Below, in pieces: positions 1 through 9,151 of a DNA stretch of 64,000 bases. Position 1 is the first letter of the stretch. Every line of letters begins with the position of its first letter. Made by a program: the position numbers and the translations under genes. This DNA comes from Candidatus Bathyarchaeum sp. (GTDB lineage: Archaea; Thermoproteota; Bathyarchaeia; Bathyarchaeales; Bathyarchaeaceae). The stretch spans positions 206 through 64,205 of the forward strand of contig JAOZIF010000131.1 in the NCBI GenBank assembly GCA_026014495.1, given 5' to 3'. The notes beneath the pieces are model-generated. The model was not told where the DNA came from and made no database searches. It was given only the letters and a program-made list of their open reading frames with translations.

Positions 1-14
1 GGGGAAGTGATTTT

Positions 15-458
15 TTGGCATCAAAAAAGTTGCTTGAGTTAATGAACAGGGGCATAGCGCGGGAGATGCAGGTGTCTATTCAGTACATGTGGCAGCACGT
101 TACGGTTACAGGAATCAAGGGCGCTGTGGTTGAAGACACATTCAAAGAGATTGCCATAACAGAAATGAAGCATGCAGAAGCGATTGCGGAGCGGTTGTCT
201 TCTCTTGGCGGAAACCCAACAATAAAGCATGACCCAATCTTTGTAGGCTCCACTTTAGAGGAGATGCTGCGGCTAGACCAAAAAGCAGAGGAAGAAGCAA
301 TAACGCTCTACAAGCAAACAATCAAAGTAGCAAACGACGAAGGCGACAGCACAACAAGAAGACTCTTTGAACAAATCCTAGCCGAAGAAGAAGAACATGT
401 CGACACGTTCGGAAAACTTTTGGTCGGAATGATTCCGCTCAATGACCCAGAGCTCTAG
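15..458 (+). CDS. Ferritin-like diiron four-helix-bundle protein (bacterioferritin/Dps-like)
   Basis: 147-aa ORF with TTG start after GGGG-rich SD-like sequence; two ExxH motifs (TEMKHAEAIAERL, AEEEEHVDTF) typical of ferritin-like diiron sites. Confidence 0.75.
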   Translation: MASKKLLELMNRGIAREMQVSIQYMWQHVTVTGIKGAVVEDTFKEIAITEMKHAEAIAERLSSLGGNPTIKHDPIFVGSTLEEMLRLDQKAEEEAITLYKQTIKVANDEGDSTTRRLFEQILAEEEEHVDTFGKLLVGMIPLNDPEL

Positions 459-532
459 CCTGCCCTTTTTCTTTCCCTTTTTTTCTTTTTAGTGTCTTGG
501 TTGTTTGTGTATTCGCAAAAAGTTTTTGTGTA

Positions 533-544
533 AAAGCTTATAGA
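533..544 (+). promoter_or_regulatory. BRE/TATA-like promoter for tRNA-Ser (AAAGCTTATAGA)
   Basis: Matches the recurrent AAGCTTATA(T/G)A box seen upstream of several genes in this window; lies about 30 nt upstream of tRNA 5' end. Confidence 0.45.
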
Positions 545-573
545 CTCCAAGTCCATCAAACAAGTTTAGGTTT

Positions 574-660
574 GTCGGGATGGCAGAGCGGATAACGCGC
601 AGGCCTTGAAAGCCTGTGACCCAAAGGGTCGCGTGGGTTCGAATCCCACTCCCGACGCCA
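574..660 (+). tRNA. tRNA-Ser (anticodon UGA), genomically encoded CCA
   Basis: Acceptor GTCGGGA/TCCCGAC, anticodon arm CAGGC-CTTGAAA-GCCTG, long variable arm TGACCCAAAGGGTCGC, T arm GTGGG-TTCGAAT-CCCAC, discriminator G then CCA. Confidence 0.9.
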
Positions 661-837
661 CAAATACACCCACGAAAAAGCAAAGATTATTGCTTTATTG
701 CAATGTGTACCGATTTATTGTCACCGCTTTAAAACAGCTCAAGAATTGGCGTTACTCGTTCGCCCCCATACGAGCGTAAAGGGGGACTCACGTCAAAAGA
801 ATGTCTCAGTTACAAGTGAAGCACTAATATTTGAAAA

Positions 838-1323
838 TTAAATGATTTCTATTCCATGTAAAACATGTATGAGTATCGTCAAGTAGAATGTTAAAGTTAT
901 TGCTTTGTGAAGAAACAATAATGTTCTCTTGTTTTTGTAGGAAATAAATCGAGTGATAAAACCTGTCGCCACTAAGAGAAGCATTGTTGGATAGAGAACA
1001 ACACCAGTAGCTAAATGCGGATAAAATTGTGGAGGTCTGCTGATTTGTTGAGTAAAGTGGATTGATACGAACATAAAGGAAATTAAATTTCCAAAAATAT
1101 GGGCATTTAACAAATTTTTCAGACTTGATGGTTTATTTCTTTTCATCCAATAGTATATTGGAGTGAAAACTGCAACGAAAGTACTTCCAATCCAGCTCAA
1201 CCAATGATGAATATAATATGGGCCAATCAAAACATGAAGTTGAATCCAATCAAAAAACACAGCGAACATCATAAAAACCGTAACAAAAACAACTAAAATC
1301 GCAGCATAAAATGAAACCTTCAA
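838..1323 (-). CDS. Polytopic membrane protein with conserved histidines (possible heme-b/cytochrome-b-like 4-5 TM protein)
   Basis: 161-aa hydrophobic ORF; His in predicted TM segments (IHHWLSWIG, SIHF, LIHVLHG); divergent from Cu-ATPase gene. Confidence 0.55.
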   Translation of the reverse strand: MKVSFYAAILVVFVTVFMMFAVFFDWIQLHVLIGPYYIHHWLSWIGSTFVAVFTPIYYWMKRNKPSSLKNLLNAHIFGNLISFMFVSIHFTQQISRPPQFYPHLATGVVLYPTMLLLVATGFITRFISYKNKRTLLFLHKAITLTFYLTILIHVLHGIEII

Positions 1324-1477
1324 CTTAAAACACCCCTTATAACAATGCTTTGTGTTCCCGTTGTATTTAATCTGTTGGATTCACAGGTCAAGTCTTGTAG
1401 CCAAATTTTAAGTATTTAGCATAACTAACATAGCACATCGATTTTTGTTTTAGTTGGGTTTAGTTTTGGATGAACAC

Positions 1478-3508
1478 ATGAAACATAAAACAGCAGAAAA
1501 AAGTAATCATTCCCATCATATTCAAGACTTCAAAAAGAAATTTTTTGTCTGTCTTTTTCTAACAATTCCCATTTTGGCTCTTTCTGAGATGATACAAAAC
1601 TGGTTCGGTTTCTCACTAACAATTCCATTACAAAAAGAAGTTGTGTTCATTTTATCTATATTCGTTTACACATATGGCGGTCTTCCATTTCTGAAAGGAA
1701 TGTATAAAGAATTACAAAAACACCAACCGGGAATGATGACTTTAATTGGAACGGCAATTTCAGTTGCCTTTTTCTACTCTGCAGCAACAGTGTTTTTTAT
1801 CATTGGAAAAGATTTTTTCTGGGAATTAGCAACTCTAGTAGATGTGATGCTTCTTGGACATTGGGTAGAAGCAAAGAGTGTAATGGGTGCATCAAGAGCT
1901 TTAGAAGAACTTGTTAAAATTATGCCTACAACTGCTCATTTGATTGACAACGGTGAAATTGTTGATGTGCCCGTAGCAGAGTTGAAAAAAACTAACATTG
2001 TATTGGTTCGTCCGGGGGAAAAAATCCCTTCAGATGGAAGTGTTATTGATGGAGAATCATATGTAAATGAATCTTTGTTAACCGGTGAATCAAAACCAGT
2101 TCACAAAGAAACCAAGGATAAGGTAATTGGTGGTTCAATAAATGGAAATGGTTTTCTAAAAATAAGTGTAGAAAAAACCGGAGAAGAGACATATCTTTCA
2201 CAAGTAATTAATATGGTTCAGCTAGCACAAGCTAGTAAATCAAAAACTCAAGACCTTGCAAACCGTGCATCAGCCTTATTGTTTTACGCTGCTTTGTCAG
2301 TTGGAATAATAACATATATCGCTTGGTATTTCTTAGGAAATCCCGAAATTGCACTTGAACGTTCAGTTACGGTTCTTGTAATTGCTTGTCCCCATGCATT
2401 AGGATTAGCTATACCCTTAGTTGTGGCGCTGTCAACATCGATTACTGCTAAAAGTGGGATTTTGATTCGAGACAGGAAAGCATTTGAGACAATAAAAGAC
2501 ATTGATGCTGTTGTCTTTGATAAAACAGGAACATTAACTGAGGGTAAGTTTGGAGTTTCTGATGTTGTTTCATTTATTTCTGAAGATGAATTATTAGAAT
2601 TATCTTCTGCTGTTGAAGTTAACTCTGAACACATTATTGCAAAAGCGATTGTCGATTATGCCAAAGGAAAAAAAATCAAAATACCACAAATTGATGATTT
2701 TAAGGCACTACCTGGAAAAGGAGCACGTGGAAAAGTTAAGGGCAAAATAGTACACATGGGGAGTCCAAGTTTAATTGAAGAACTGAAAATCAAGATTGAT
2801 GATGAACGTATTTTAGAGCTGCAAAAACAGGGTAAAACTGTTGTTTTTTCTGTGGTTAATGGTAAGCTTGCTGGAGCATTTGCTCTTTCTGATAAAATTA
2901 GGGAGGATTCCAGAGAAGCCATTAAAAAATTAAAGAAAAACGGGATTAAAGTTTTCATGCTTACTGGTGATGCAGAAGAAGTAGCCGCTTCTGTTTCTAA
3001 AGAGTTGGGCATTACTGATTATTTTGCTGAGGTTTTACCTAACCAAAAAGCAGAGAAAATTAAGTCATTGAAAGATAAAGGCCTGAAGGTCGCAATGGTT
3101 GGTGATGGAATTAATGATGCGCCTGCTTTGGTTACTGCTGATGTTGGAATAGCTATTGGAGCAGGAACTGATGTGGCAATAGAGAGTGCTGACATTATAC
3201 TCGTAAAAAATGACCCGCGAGATGTGGTAAAGGTTGCAAATCTTTCAAGAAAAACGTATTCAAAAATGGTTCAAAACTTGTGGTGGGCAGCAGGTTATAA
3301 CATATTTGCCATTCCGCTAGCAGCTGGAATATTGTATAATTTTGGCATAATTGTGAGTCCGGCAATAGGTGCTCTATTGATGTCGATAAGTACCGTTATC
3401 GTTGCCATAAACAGTCAGACTCTTAGAAAATATGAGCCGAAAGTGATGAAAACAGGTGAGAGCGAAACCGAATTAAAACCAATGCTTAATCATTCAGCGA
3501 TGCACTAA
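1478..3508 (+). CDS. copB: Copper-translocating P1B-type ATPase, CopB-like (CPH motif, His-rich termini)
   Basis: DKTGTLT phosphorylation motif, GDGINDAP hinge, TM6 CPHALGLAIP, His-rich N-terminus (KSNHSHHIQ), no CxxC HMA domain; ORF opens at TTG 1454, ATG at 1478 chosen. Confidence 0.9.
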   Translation: MKHKTAEKSNHSHHIQDFKKKFFVCLFLTIPILALSEMIQNWFGFSLTIPLQKEVVFILSIFVYTYGGLPFLKGMYKELQKHQPGMMTLIGTAISVAFFYSAATVFFIIGKDFFWELATLVDVMLLGHWVEAKSVMGASRALEELVKIMPTTAHLIDNGEIVDVPVAELKKTNIVLVRPGEKIPSDGSVIDGESYVNESLLTGESKPVHKETKDKVIGGSINGNGFLKISVEKTGEETYLSQVINMVQLAQASKSKTQDLANRASALLFYAALSVGIITYIAWYFLGNPEIALERSVTVLVIACPHALGLAIPLVVALSTSITAKSGILIRDRKAFETIKDIDAVVFDKTGTLTEGKFGVSDVVSFISEDELLELSSAVEVNSEHIIAKAIVDYAKGKKIKIPQIDDFKALPGKGARGKVKGKIVHMGSPSLIEELKIKIDDERILELQKQGKTVVFSVVNGKLAGAFALSDKIREDSREAIKKLKKNGIKVFMLTGDAEEVAASVSKELGITDYFAEVLPNQKAEKIKSLKDKGLKVAMVGDGINDAPALVTADVGIAIGAGTDVAIESADIILVKNDPRDVVKVANLSRKTYSKMVQNLWWAAGYNIFAIPLAAGILYNFGIIVSPAIGALLMSISTVIVAINSQTLRKYEPKVMKTGESETELKPMLNHSAMH

Positions 3509-3818
3509 TCGATAATGCTTAGAAAACTCAAAAATTGGCAAATTTGGTTTACTGAACATTTTTTCAATAAAAACATATAATGATTTATTTTGTTCTCTAT
3601 TATGTACAATAAACCTCCCTGTTTTTTGATGCTTCGTCAAATTAAGAACATTAAAAGGCACAATTCTAACAAAACCAAAAATGAACCCTCTACAGGTTCA
3701 CCAATTAAAATTACTTGCCTTTTCTTATTGGTTTAAGTTATACTTAGTCTGTGTCAAATCGGTGAGAAAAAAAATAAGTTAAAAACAAAAAGTGGGTGTT
3801 GTGGGTTTTGTTTGTGTG

Positions 3819-4280
3819 TTATTCTTGTGTTGTTTTTTTGTGTTTTGTTGTTAGGATTGATTCTGTTAGGAATATGGTCATGGATGCTGCGGTTATGAGT
3901 ATGGAGTACCAGATGCCGAGGCTGATTGTCTGGTGGTTAACAAATATTTGTGTTGCTACTAGGGTTATTTCTGCCAGCAGTATTCCCATAAAAAAGAAGG
4001 AATAAAACACCATACGGGGAACCAAAGTTTTGCCAATCCAAACATGACCTGAAACTCCAGTTTTTTCCCGTACAATGTACTCGCCAAGCTCGTTTTTTTC
4101 GATTAACCCTAAGCCTTCCAGTTTTTGCAGTTGCCTGTAAGCTACGCTTGGGCTGCTCAGATTCGCACCCCGCATAACCTCGCGGGGACCTACGGGTCGG
4201 GATTCTTTGACTACAAATGAGTAAACCTGCAACGTGTTTCCTTCTAGCTCATCAGACAACTGCTTGGTCATTTGTTTCAC
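3819..4280 (-). CDS. Membrane-anchored winged-helix (wHTH) regulator-like protein
   Basis: 153 aa; N-terminal wHTH-like segment (PREVMRGANLSSPSVAYRQLQKLEGLGLIEK) followed by 2-3 predicted TM helices; GTG start overlaps upstream stop (GTGA). Confidence 0.65.
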   Translation of the reverse strand: MKQMTKQLSDELEGNTLQVYSFVVKESRPVGPREVMRGANLSSPSVAYRQLQKLEGLGLIEKNELGEYIVREKTGVSGHVWIGKTLVPRMVFYSFFFMGILLAEITLVATQIFVNHQTISLGIWYSILITAASMTIFLTESILTTKHKKTTQE

Positions 4281-5338
4281 CTTGAGTCAAGAAACACTTC
4301 AGCACCAAATTCATCAACAGCAAACGAGTAATCTTCCAGCAAACGCATGTTATAGATGTACGAGTTATCGATTTTTGTTAACTCTACAGTTTTTAGTTCA
4401 TTAGCTTGTGACCAAGTGTCATTCATTGTATTGTTTTCCATGACGACTTCTATGTCTGCAACGTTAGAGGTCAAAACGTTAATTTTGATGCTGCCTGAAT
4501 TCAGCACTTCAATGGTTTTGTTGTTTCCAAAAACAGAATCAATTTTTCGGACGCCTTCAATCAAGATAATCCGCGATTCACCAGACTCAAAGTACCCATC
4601 GAAGTAACCATCACCTGATGCAATATACATTGTAACTCCATCGTAAACAGAATCATCCTCTGGCATATACTGGTATGGCTGAAAAATTCTCCTTTGCTCA
4701 GCAACAAACGCATCCACGTAATGACCACCCCCCTCTTCTGGCTCCTCCACTTCTATTCTGCCTGTAACATCAGTCCATGTTCCGTTCATGTTCATGTAAA
4801 TCGCAGTAAAGACTCCATTCACGTATCTTCGATACAATTGAACCCCCTCCATCCAGTAACCAGTTTCCTCAGCAACTGGAAACGGAGACTCACACATATT
4901 ACCATCAATATCAAAGAAGGGGTATGAACCATCAGTCCATGTTAGATTGTACCATTTACCATCAACAAACGCGCCCTCAGCTGTCCCGCCAGTTCCACTG
5001 GAACTATTCTCTCCAATCACTGGAAGACCTGAAAAGGGCGTGATTTCTCCTGCCGCTGTGAAATCTGCAAGCAACAAAGTCGCATTTACGTCAGCGGGAT
5101 TAGTCACATTAACCCAAATTTGATACTTAACAGAAAGCTCATCAACACCTGAAGCAACATCGTTAGGGTCTAGAACTGTGAAATTAGCAAATACCGTTTC
5201 AACCTCAAATTCTGCGGTTGGTCCTTGTACATGACTAATATACGGTTTAACATCAAGCTCCGACAACACCAAAGGCCCAGCAAAAGCAATTCCTGAAAGC
5301 AACCCCACTAAGGCGATTGCAACTAAAGTTATTCTCAT
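4277..5338 (-). CDS. Secreted hypothetical protein rich in N-x-S/T sequons
   Basis: Signal peptide MRITLVAIALVGLLSGIAFAG after GGTGA SD; many NxS/T sequons; ORF track opens at 5365, ATG 5338 preferred. Confidence 0.7.
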   Translation of the reverse strand: MRITLVAIALVGLLSGIAFAGPLVLSELDVKPYISHVQGPTAEFEVETVFANFTVLDPNDVASGVDELSVKYQIWVNVTNPADVNATLLLADFTAAGEITPFSGLPVIGENSSSGTGGTAEGAFVDGKWYNLTWTDGSYPFFDIDGNMCESPFPVAEETGYWMEGVQLYRRYVNGVFTAIYMNMNGTWTDVTGRIEVEEPEEGGGHYVDAFVAEQRRIFQPYQYMPEDDSVYDGVTMYIASGDGYFDGYFESGESRIILIEGVRKIDSVFGNNKTIEVLNSGSIKINVLTSNVADIEVVMENNTMNDTWSQANELKTVELTKIDNSYIYNMRLLEDYSFAVDEFGAEVFLDSR

Positions 5339-5472
5339 TTTCAATTTCTTCACCAACCAACACATGCTAAAAATTTATTATTAGCTCTGGCGGAGGAACA
5401 ATTTCGTTCCATGGCGGAACACCAAAAAAATGAATTAACCCAAACACCAACTTGGCACAAATAACCCACAGC

Positions 5473-5529
5473 ATATTTGAATACTAATAGCAGAACATTG
5501 TTGAAAAAAAGGTTTTTTCAGAAAACCTG
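5473..5529 (+). repeat. Two-hairpin intergenic repeat, copy a (subtype CAGAACATTGTT)
   Basis: TATTTG-AATA-CTAATA hairpin (1 mismatch), linker CAGAACATTGTT, hairpin GAAAAAAA-GG-TTTTTTC; 3 other copies in window. Confidence 0.7.
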
Positions 5530-5570
5530 CACCAAAACCAAAAAATGGGACATGCATTATTCGTTTTCGG

Positions 5571-5855
5571 TCACTTTTCTTTGTCAAAAAAATACAGCAT
5601 AACTGACACAACGACAACCATTATTCCCAACCAACAAACAGCGTTCACTGCCAACGCCGACAAATCCACTACCCACAAGTCAACCGCTCCAACAATTGTA
5701 CTCAAAGTCTGCGTAGCCCAAACCAGCGGAAAACCATAATCAACATGAACATTATCTGGCCAATCAAACCGATTTCCCCAAGTCAAAGCCAAAACCGTCA
5801 CAGCAATCCACAAAACCAAGAAACAAATCAAAATCAAAAAACCTTTCTTAGCCAA
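5571..5855 (-). CDS. Small membrane protein, hypothetical
   Basis: 94-aa ORF with 3 hydrophobic segments; co-directional with flanking genes. Confidence 0.5.
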   Translation of the reverse strand: MAKKGFLILICFLVLWIAVTVLALTWGNRFDWPDNVHVDYGFPLVWATQTLSTIVGAVDLWVVDLSALAVNAVCWLGIMVVVVSVMLYFFDKEK

Positions 5856-5931
5856 AACCTGTCCCCATACAACATAGTCTTGAAGCCATATTTAGCCTTA
5901 TTTTAAGCTCAGTTAACGCCGACAACAGTGG

Positions 5932-7314
5932 TTAACCTGTTTGGTTCCAGTAATAAACATGCGAATACTTGCCTTCAACAGGAAACTGCGGATCATCATA
6001 CACTATATCCAAACCCGTGCCATACTGCTCAAGAAGGCTACAGGATAAATCCCATATCTGCTGTGAATTTTCGTCAGCAGCCCACAGCCCCCAAATCTTA
6101 TCATCAATATGCCTCATGCCCCAACCATAGTTTTCGGGCAAAACCAGAACCGCATCTGCCTTTACTGAACCATGCCTTACCTGAGAAGACTGCACCACCT
6201 CATTCCAGAACTGCTCCAAAGCAACAAAATGCTCCTCCTGCAAAGTCCCGTATGGTCCCTGCATGTCTGGAGCATAATTGAAGATGACAACATATTGTGC
6301 CCCATTCTCATACGCCATAACCATCTGCTCGTAAATTGCTTCACCACTGTCCAAATACGGCGGATTATTATACTTCCACGTTATGATGACACCCCATGTC
6401 TTGTTCTGAAGTTCTGCAGCCCCCCTTACTAGCGCTACATCTTTGGCTACCGTTTGGTTCCAACCAACCTGCGCCAACACAGTATCGTAGCCCGACTTGT
6501 AGTCAAACCAAAAAAGAGCATAATCAGACGTAAAATAACTAAAATCACTAGGACCATACCTGTTCAACTCAAAACTGCATTCATCAATGAACCGCTCAGC
6601 AGTTTCATCATAGCTCTGGAACGGACGCACACTCCACAACTCCTCATAAGTGTAAGGCGCATCAACACTTCCCTCCTCTACCGTGTGGACACTGCCTGTT
6701 TCTTCAGTCATAACTGTGACCGTCCCATTAACATAATAAGTGGTAACATAAGATGAGTTTACAGGCGCATTTACTGGCCTTGTCATCACGGTTCCATCCT
6801 GCTTGTAAGTAACAGACGTGTTAGCATCCATCTTATAGCCTGTAATCGTGCCATCAGCCATCTTTCTAACAGAACTTTGCGTCTCCTGTTCATAGACAAA
6901 CATTTCACCATCCAACATTTTTCCCGCATGCTCATCACCAAAATAAATCCCGCCAAACTGGTCGCCCCAATGCCCATCATAGGTGTCCTGCCACATCTTC
7001 ATCAACCATGTACTATCTGTCCCAAAATAGACAACAAACTGCAAACCACAAGAAACAACATAATCCCCTATCTCAGTCACGTTATCTGGACTTTTCTGTA
7101 ACTCGCCAGACTGCAAAAAGAAAACGTTAGTGTAATCCTTCACTTTGTCAACAAGCAGTTTAGCTTCCTCAACAGATTCCCCACAATACGTCACCCCAAC
7201 GTAAAATGGCTCCTGTTCTGAACTAGGACTTGACAGAAAACTAAAAACAACAACCAACAGTAACGACAAAACAAGCAATACAGCAATCACAGCAACTTTC
7301 TTCAAACTATCCAC
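5932..7314 (-). CDS. N-terminally anchored extracellular hypothetical protein
   Basis: 460 aa; N-terminal hydrophobic anchor VAVIAVLLVLSLLLVVVF; alternating beta/alpha-like pattern, no recognised catalytic motif. Confidence 0.65.
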   Translation of the reverse strand: MDSLKKVAVIAVLLVLSLLLVVVFSFLSSPSSEQEPFYVGVTYCGESVEEAKLLVDKVKDYTNVFFLQSGELQKSPDNVTEIGDYVVSCGLQFVVYFGTDSTWLMKMWQDTYDGHWGDQFGGIYFGDEHAGKMLDGEMFVYEQETQSSVRKMADGTITGYKMDANTSVTYKQDGTVMTRPVNAPVNSSYVTTYYVNGTVTVMTEETGSVHTVEEGSVDAPYTYEELWSVRPFQSYDETAERFIDECSFELNRYGPSDFSYFTSDYALFWFDYKSGYDTVLAQVGWNQTVAKDVALVRGAAELQNKTWGVIITWKYNNPPYLDSGEAIYEQMVMAYENGAQYVVIFNYAPDMQGPYGTLQEEHFVALEQFWNEVVQSSQVRHGSVKADAVLVLPENYGWGMRHIDDKIWGLWAADENSQQIWDLSCSLLEQYGTGLDIVYDDPQFPVEGKYSHVYYWNQTG

Positions 7315-7412
7315 TTTCTGTCCTTATGTTTGACATTACTTGAAAAGCATTTTTGTCAAGAAACCTTTACAAGACTGACTTCAAAACCATAACTGGCTCA
7401 AAAAATAAACCC

Positions 7413-7457
7413 CTATTAGACTCCTAATAGAGGTACATTGTTGAAAACAGCCTTTTC
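7413..7457 (+). repeat. Two-hairpin intergenic repeat, copy b (subtype AGGTAYATTGTT)
   Basis: CTATTAG-ACTC-CTAATAG, linker AGGTACATTGTT, GAAAA-CAGCC-TTTTC; ends 1 nt before purE stop codon (7458-7460). Confidence 0.7.
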
Positions 7458-7982
7458 TTAAACTGCCAGCTTGTTAACGTCTTTTTTCTCAGTAACCTTC
7501 TTTACTTCTTCTGCGCCGTCATAGACTGCCTTTGCCATTTTCTGTTTAAACTTGTCCAATTTTTCTTTTAACTCAGGATTATTTAGCGCAAAAATTCTCA
7601 TAGCTACTAATGCAGCATTTTCTGGCTTTGCAACATAGGCAACAGGTATCCCACTAGGCATCGCAGTTGAAGAAAACACCTTCATTCCTCCATGTTTATC
7701 AGAATCTGGAGGACAAGCAATAACAGGGAACCTACTATATCCCGCAACCACCCCAGACAGAGCATCAGACAACCCAGCAACAGTAATGTAAACTATGCTG
7801 GCGGCGCTGTCTTCGTTCTCCTTTAAATCGTTAAGCAGCTTTTCTGGAGTCCTATGAGCAGAAGCAACGTTATACACACAGGAGACTGGAAACTTTTCTT
7901 TTTTCAGAAAACTTTTGACTTTAGCTGCAAAATGCAAATCTCTTGGAGACCCCATAAGAACAACAATCTTCTCTTCTGGCAT
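7458..7982 (-). CDS. purE: AIR carboxylase / N5-CAIR mutase family protein (PurE)
   Basis: 174 aa; MGSPRD, SAHRTPEKL, AGLSDALSGVVAG motifs characteristic of PurE. Confidence 0.85.
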   Translation of the reverse strand: MPEEKIVVLMGSPRDLHFAAKVKSFLKKEKFPVSCVYNVASAHRTPEKLLNDLKENEDSAASIVYITVAGLSDALSGVVAGYSRFPVIACPPDSDKHGGMKVFSSTAMPSGIPVAYVAKPENAALVAMRIFALNNPELKEKLDKFKQKMAKAVYDGAEEVKKVTEKKDVNKLAV

Positions 7983-8027
7983 ACTTACACCTTCGTCAAA
8001 TTATTGGATATACGTTTTGGTTAACAG

Positions 8028-8831
8028 TTACTCCCACTGTTTTCTAATCTTTTCGCTCTTCTTGGTTGCAGCCTCTACAGCACGCATCAAAGCCTGCCTA
8101 ACCTCACTACCCTCAACCTCATAGATAGCCTCAATAGTTGTTCCGCCCGGAGTTGTAACACTATCCCTTATCTGAGCAGGACTCTGCTCCGTTTCCAACA
8201 CAAGCTTCGCAGTTCCAAGAACAGCCTGAGCCGCACAAGTCAACGCCAAATCTCTGGGCAACCCAACCTTCAAGCCCCCATACGCCAGCGCCTCAATTAT
8301 AATCGACAAATATCCCGGACCGCTTCCGCTAACAGCAGTAACCGCATCCATGTAACATTCATCAATCTCCATGGACCTGCCCATAGCGACAAGAATGTGC
8401 TCGATTTTCTTTTTGTCCTCTTTAGTCACGTCATCATCGCAGCAGTAAGCAGTGAAAGACTCCTGAACCATAATCGCAACATTCGGCATAATCCGCACAC
8501 AACGAGCCTTAGGCACCACTCGCTTACAGAACTTAACATTAACCGCAGCAGCCGTAGAAACCACAAGCTTCCCTTCAACCTCTCGGCTTACCTCTTTTAG
8601 AACAGTCTTCAAAACATTCGGCTTCACAGACAAAAAAACAATGTCGGCCTCTCTGGCAGCATCCCTGTTGTTGGTGGTCACTGATACGCCCAACTGTTCT
8701 AGTTCCTTAGTTTTTTCGGGCATTATCTCGGCAACTATAATCTTGCCCTCATACCCGCTCTTCAAAAGGCTCTTAACTACCGAGCCCCCTATCACGCCTG
8801 CGCCAATAATCGCAATAGTATCTTTCATCAC
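8028..8831 (-). CDS. proC: Pyrroline-5-carboxylate reductase
   Basis: N-terminal Rossmann IAIIGAGVIGG, FLSVKP, C-terminal SVTTPGGTTIEAI signature. Confidence 0.9.
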   Translation of the reverse strand: MMKDTIAIIGAGVIGGSVVKSLLKSGYEGKIIVAEIMPEKTKELEQLGVSVTTNNRDAAREADIVFLSVKPNVLKTVLKEVSREVEGKLVVSTAAAVNVKFCKRVVPKARCVRIMPNVAIMVQESFTAYCCDDDVTKEDKKKIEHILVAMGRSMEIDECYMDAVTAVSGSGPGYLSIIIEALAYGGLKVGLPRDLALTCAAQAVLGTAKLVLETEQSPAQIRDSVTTPGGTTIEAIYEVEGSEVRQALMRAVEAATKKSEKIRKQWE

Positions 8832-9151
8832 AGTTCCCTTCTACATGCCTTGACTAACATTTCCAAAGCTACTCACTAATAAAATCTTCTTGAACAACTT
8901 TGCCACAAAACATTAGAATCATAGAAAAAATTCAACATAATAACTCGAAAAAGACACAAAAACTATTCATTAGCTGTTCAAAAATTCTTGCAAACTGATT
9001 CACATGTACATTTTTCACAATATATTCGTTTTCGTAATATGACTTTATCTTTGTTACTATTGTCCTTTCCTTTTCAGGACAGCATAAGCTCTCAACTAAA
9101 AGCCTGTGCAGAGCCTACAAACATAACTAGTCAAAGGTAAGAGGGGCAAAT

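Noticed and set aside
3796-4005. 69-aa plus-strand ORF
   Set aside because: It overlaps the C-terminal TM region of the better-supported minus-strand wHTH-TM gene, and its Cys/Val-rich translation derives from a T/G-rich stretch.
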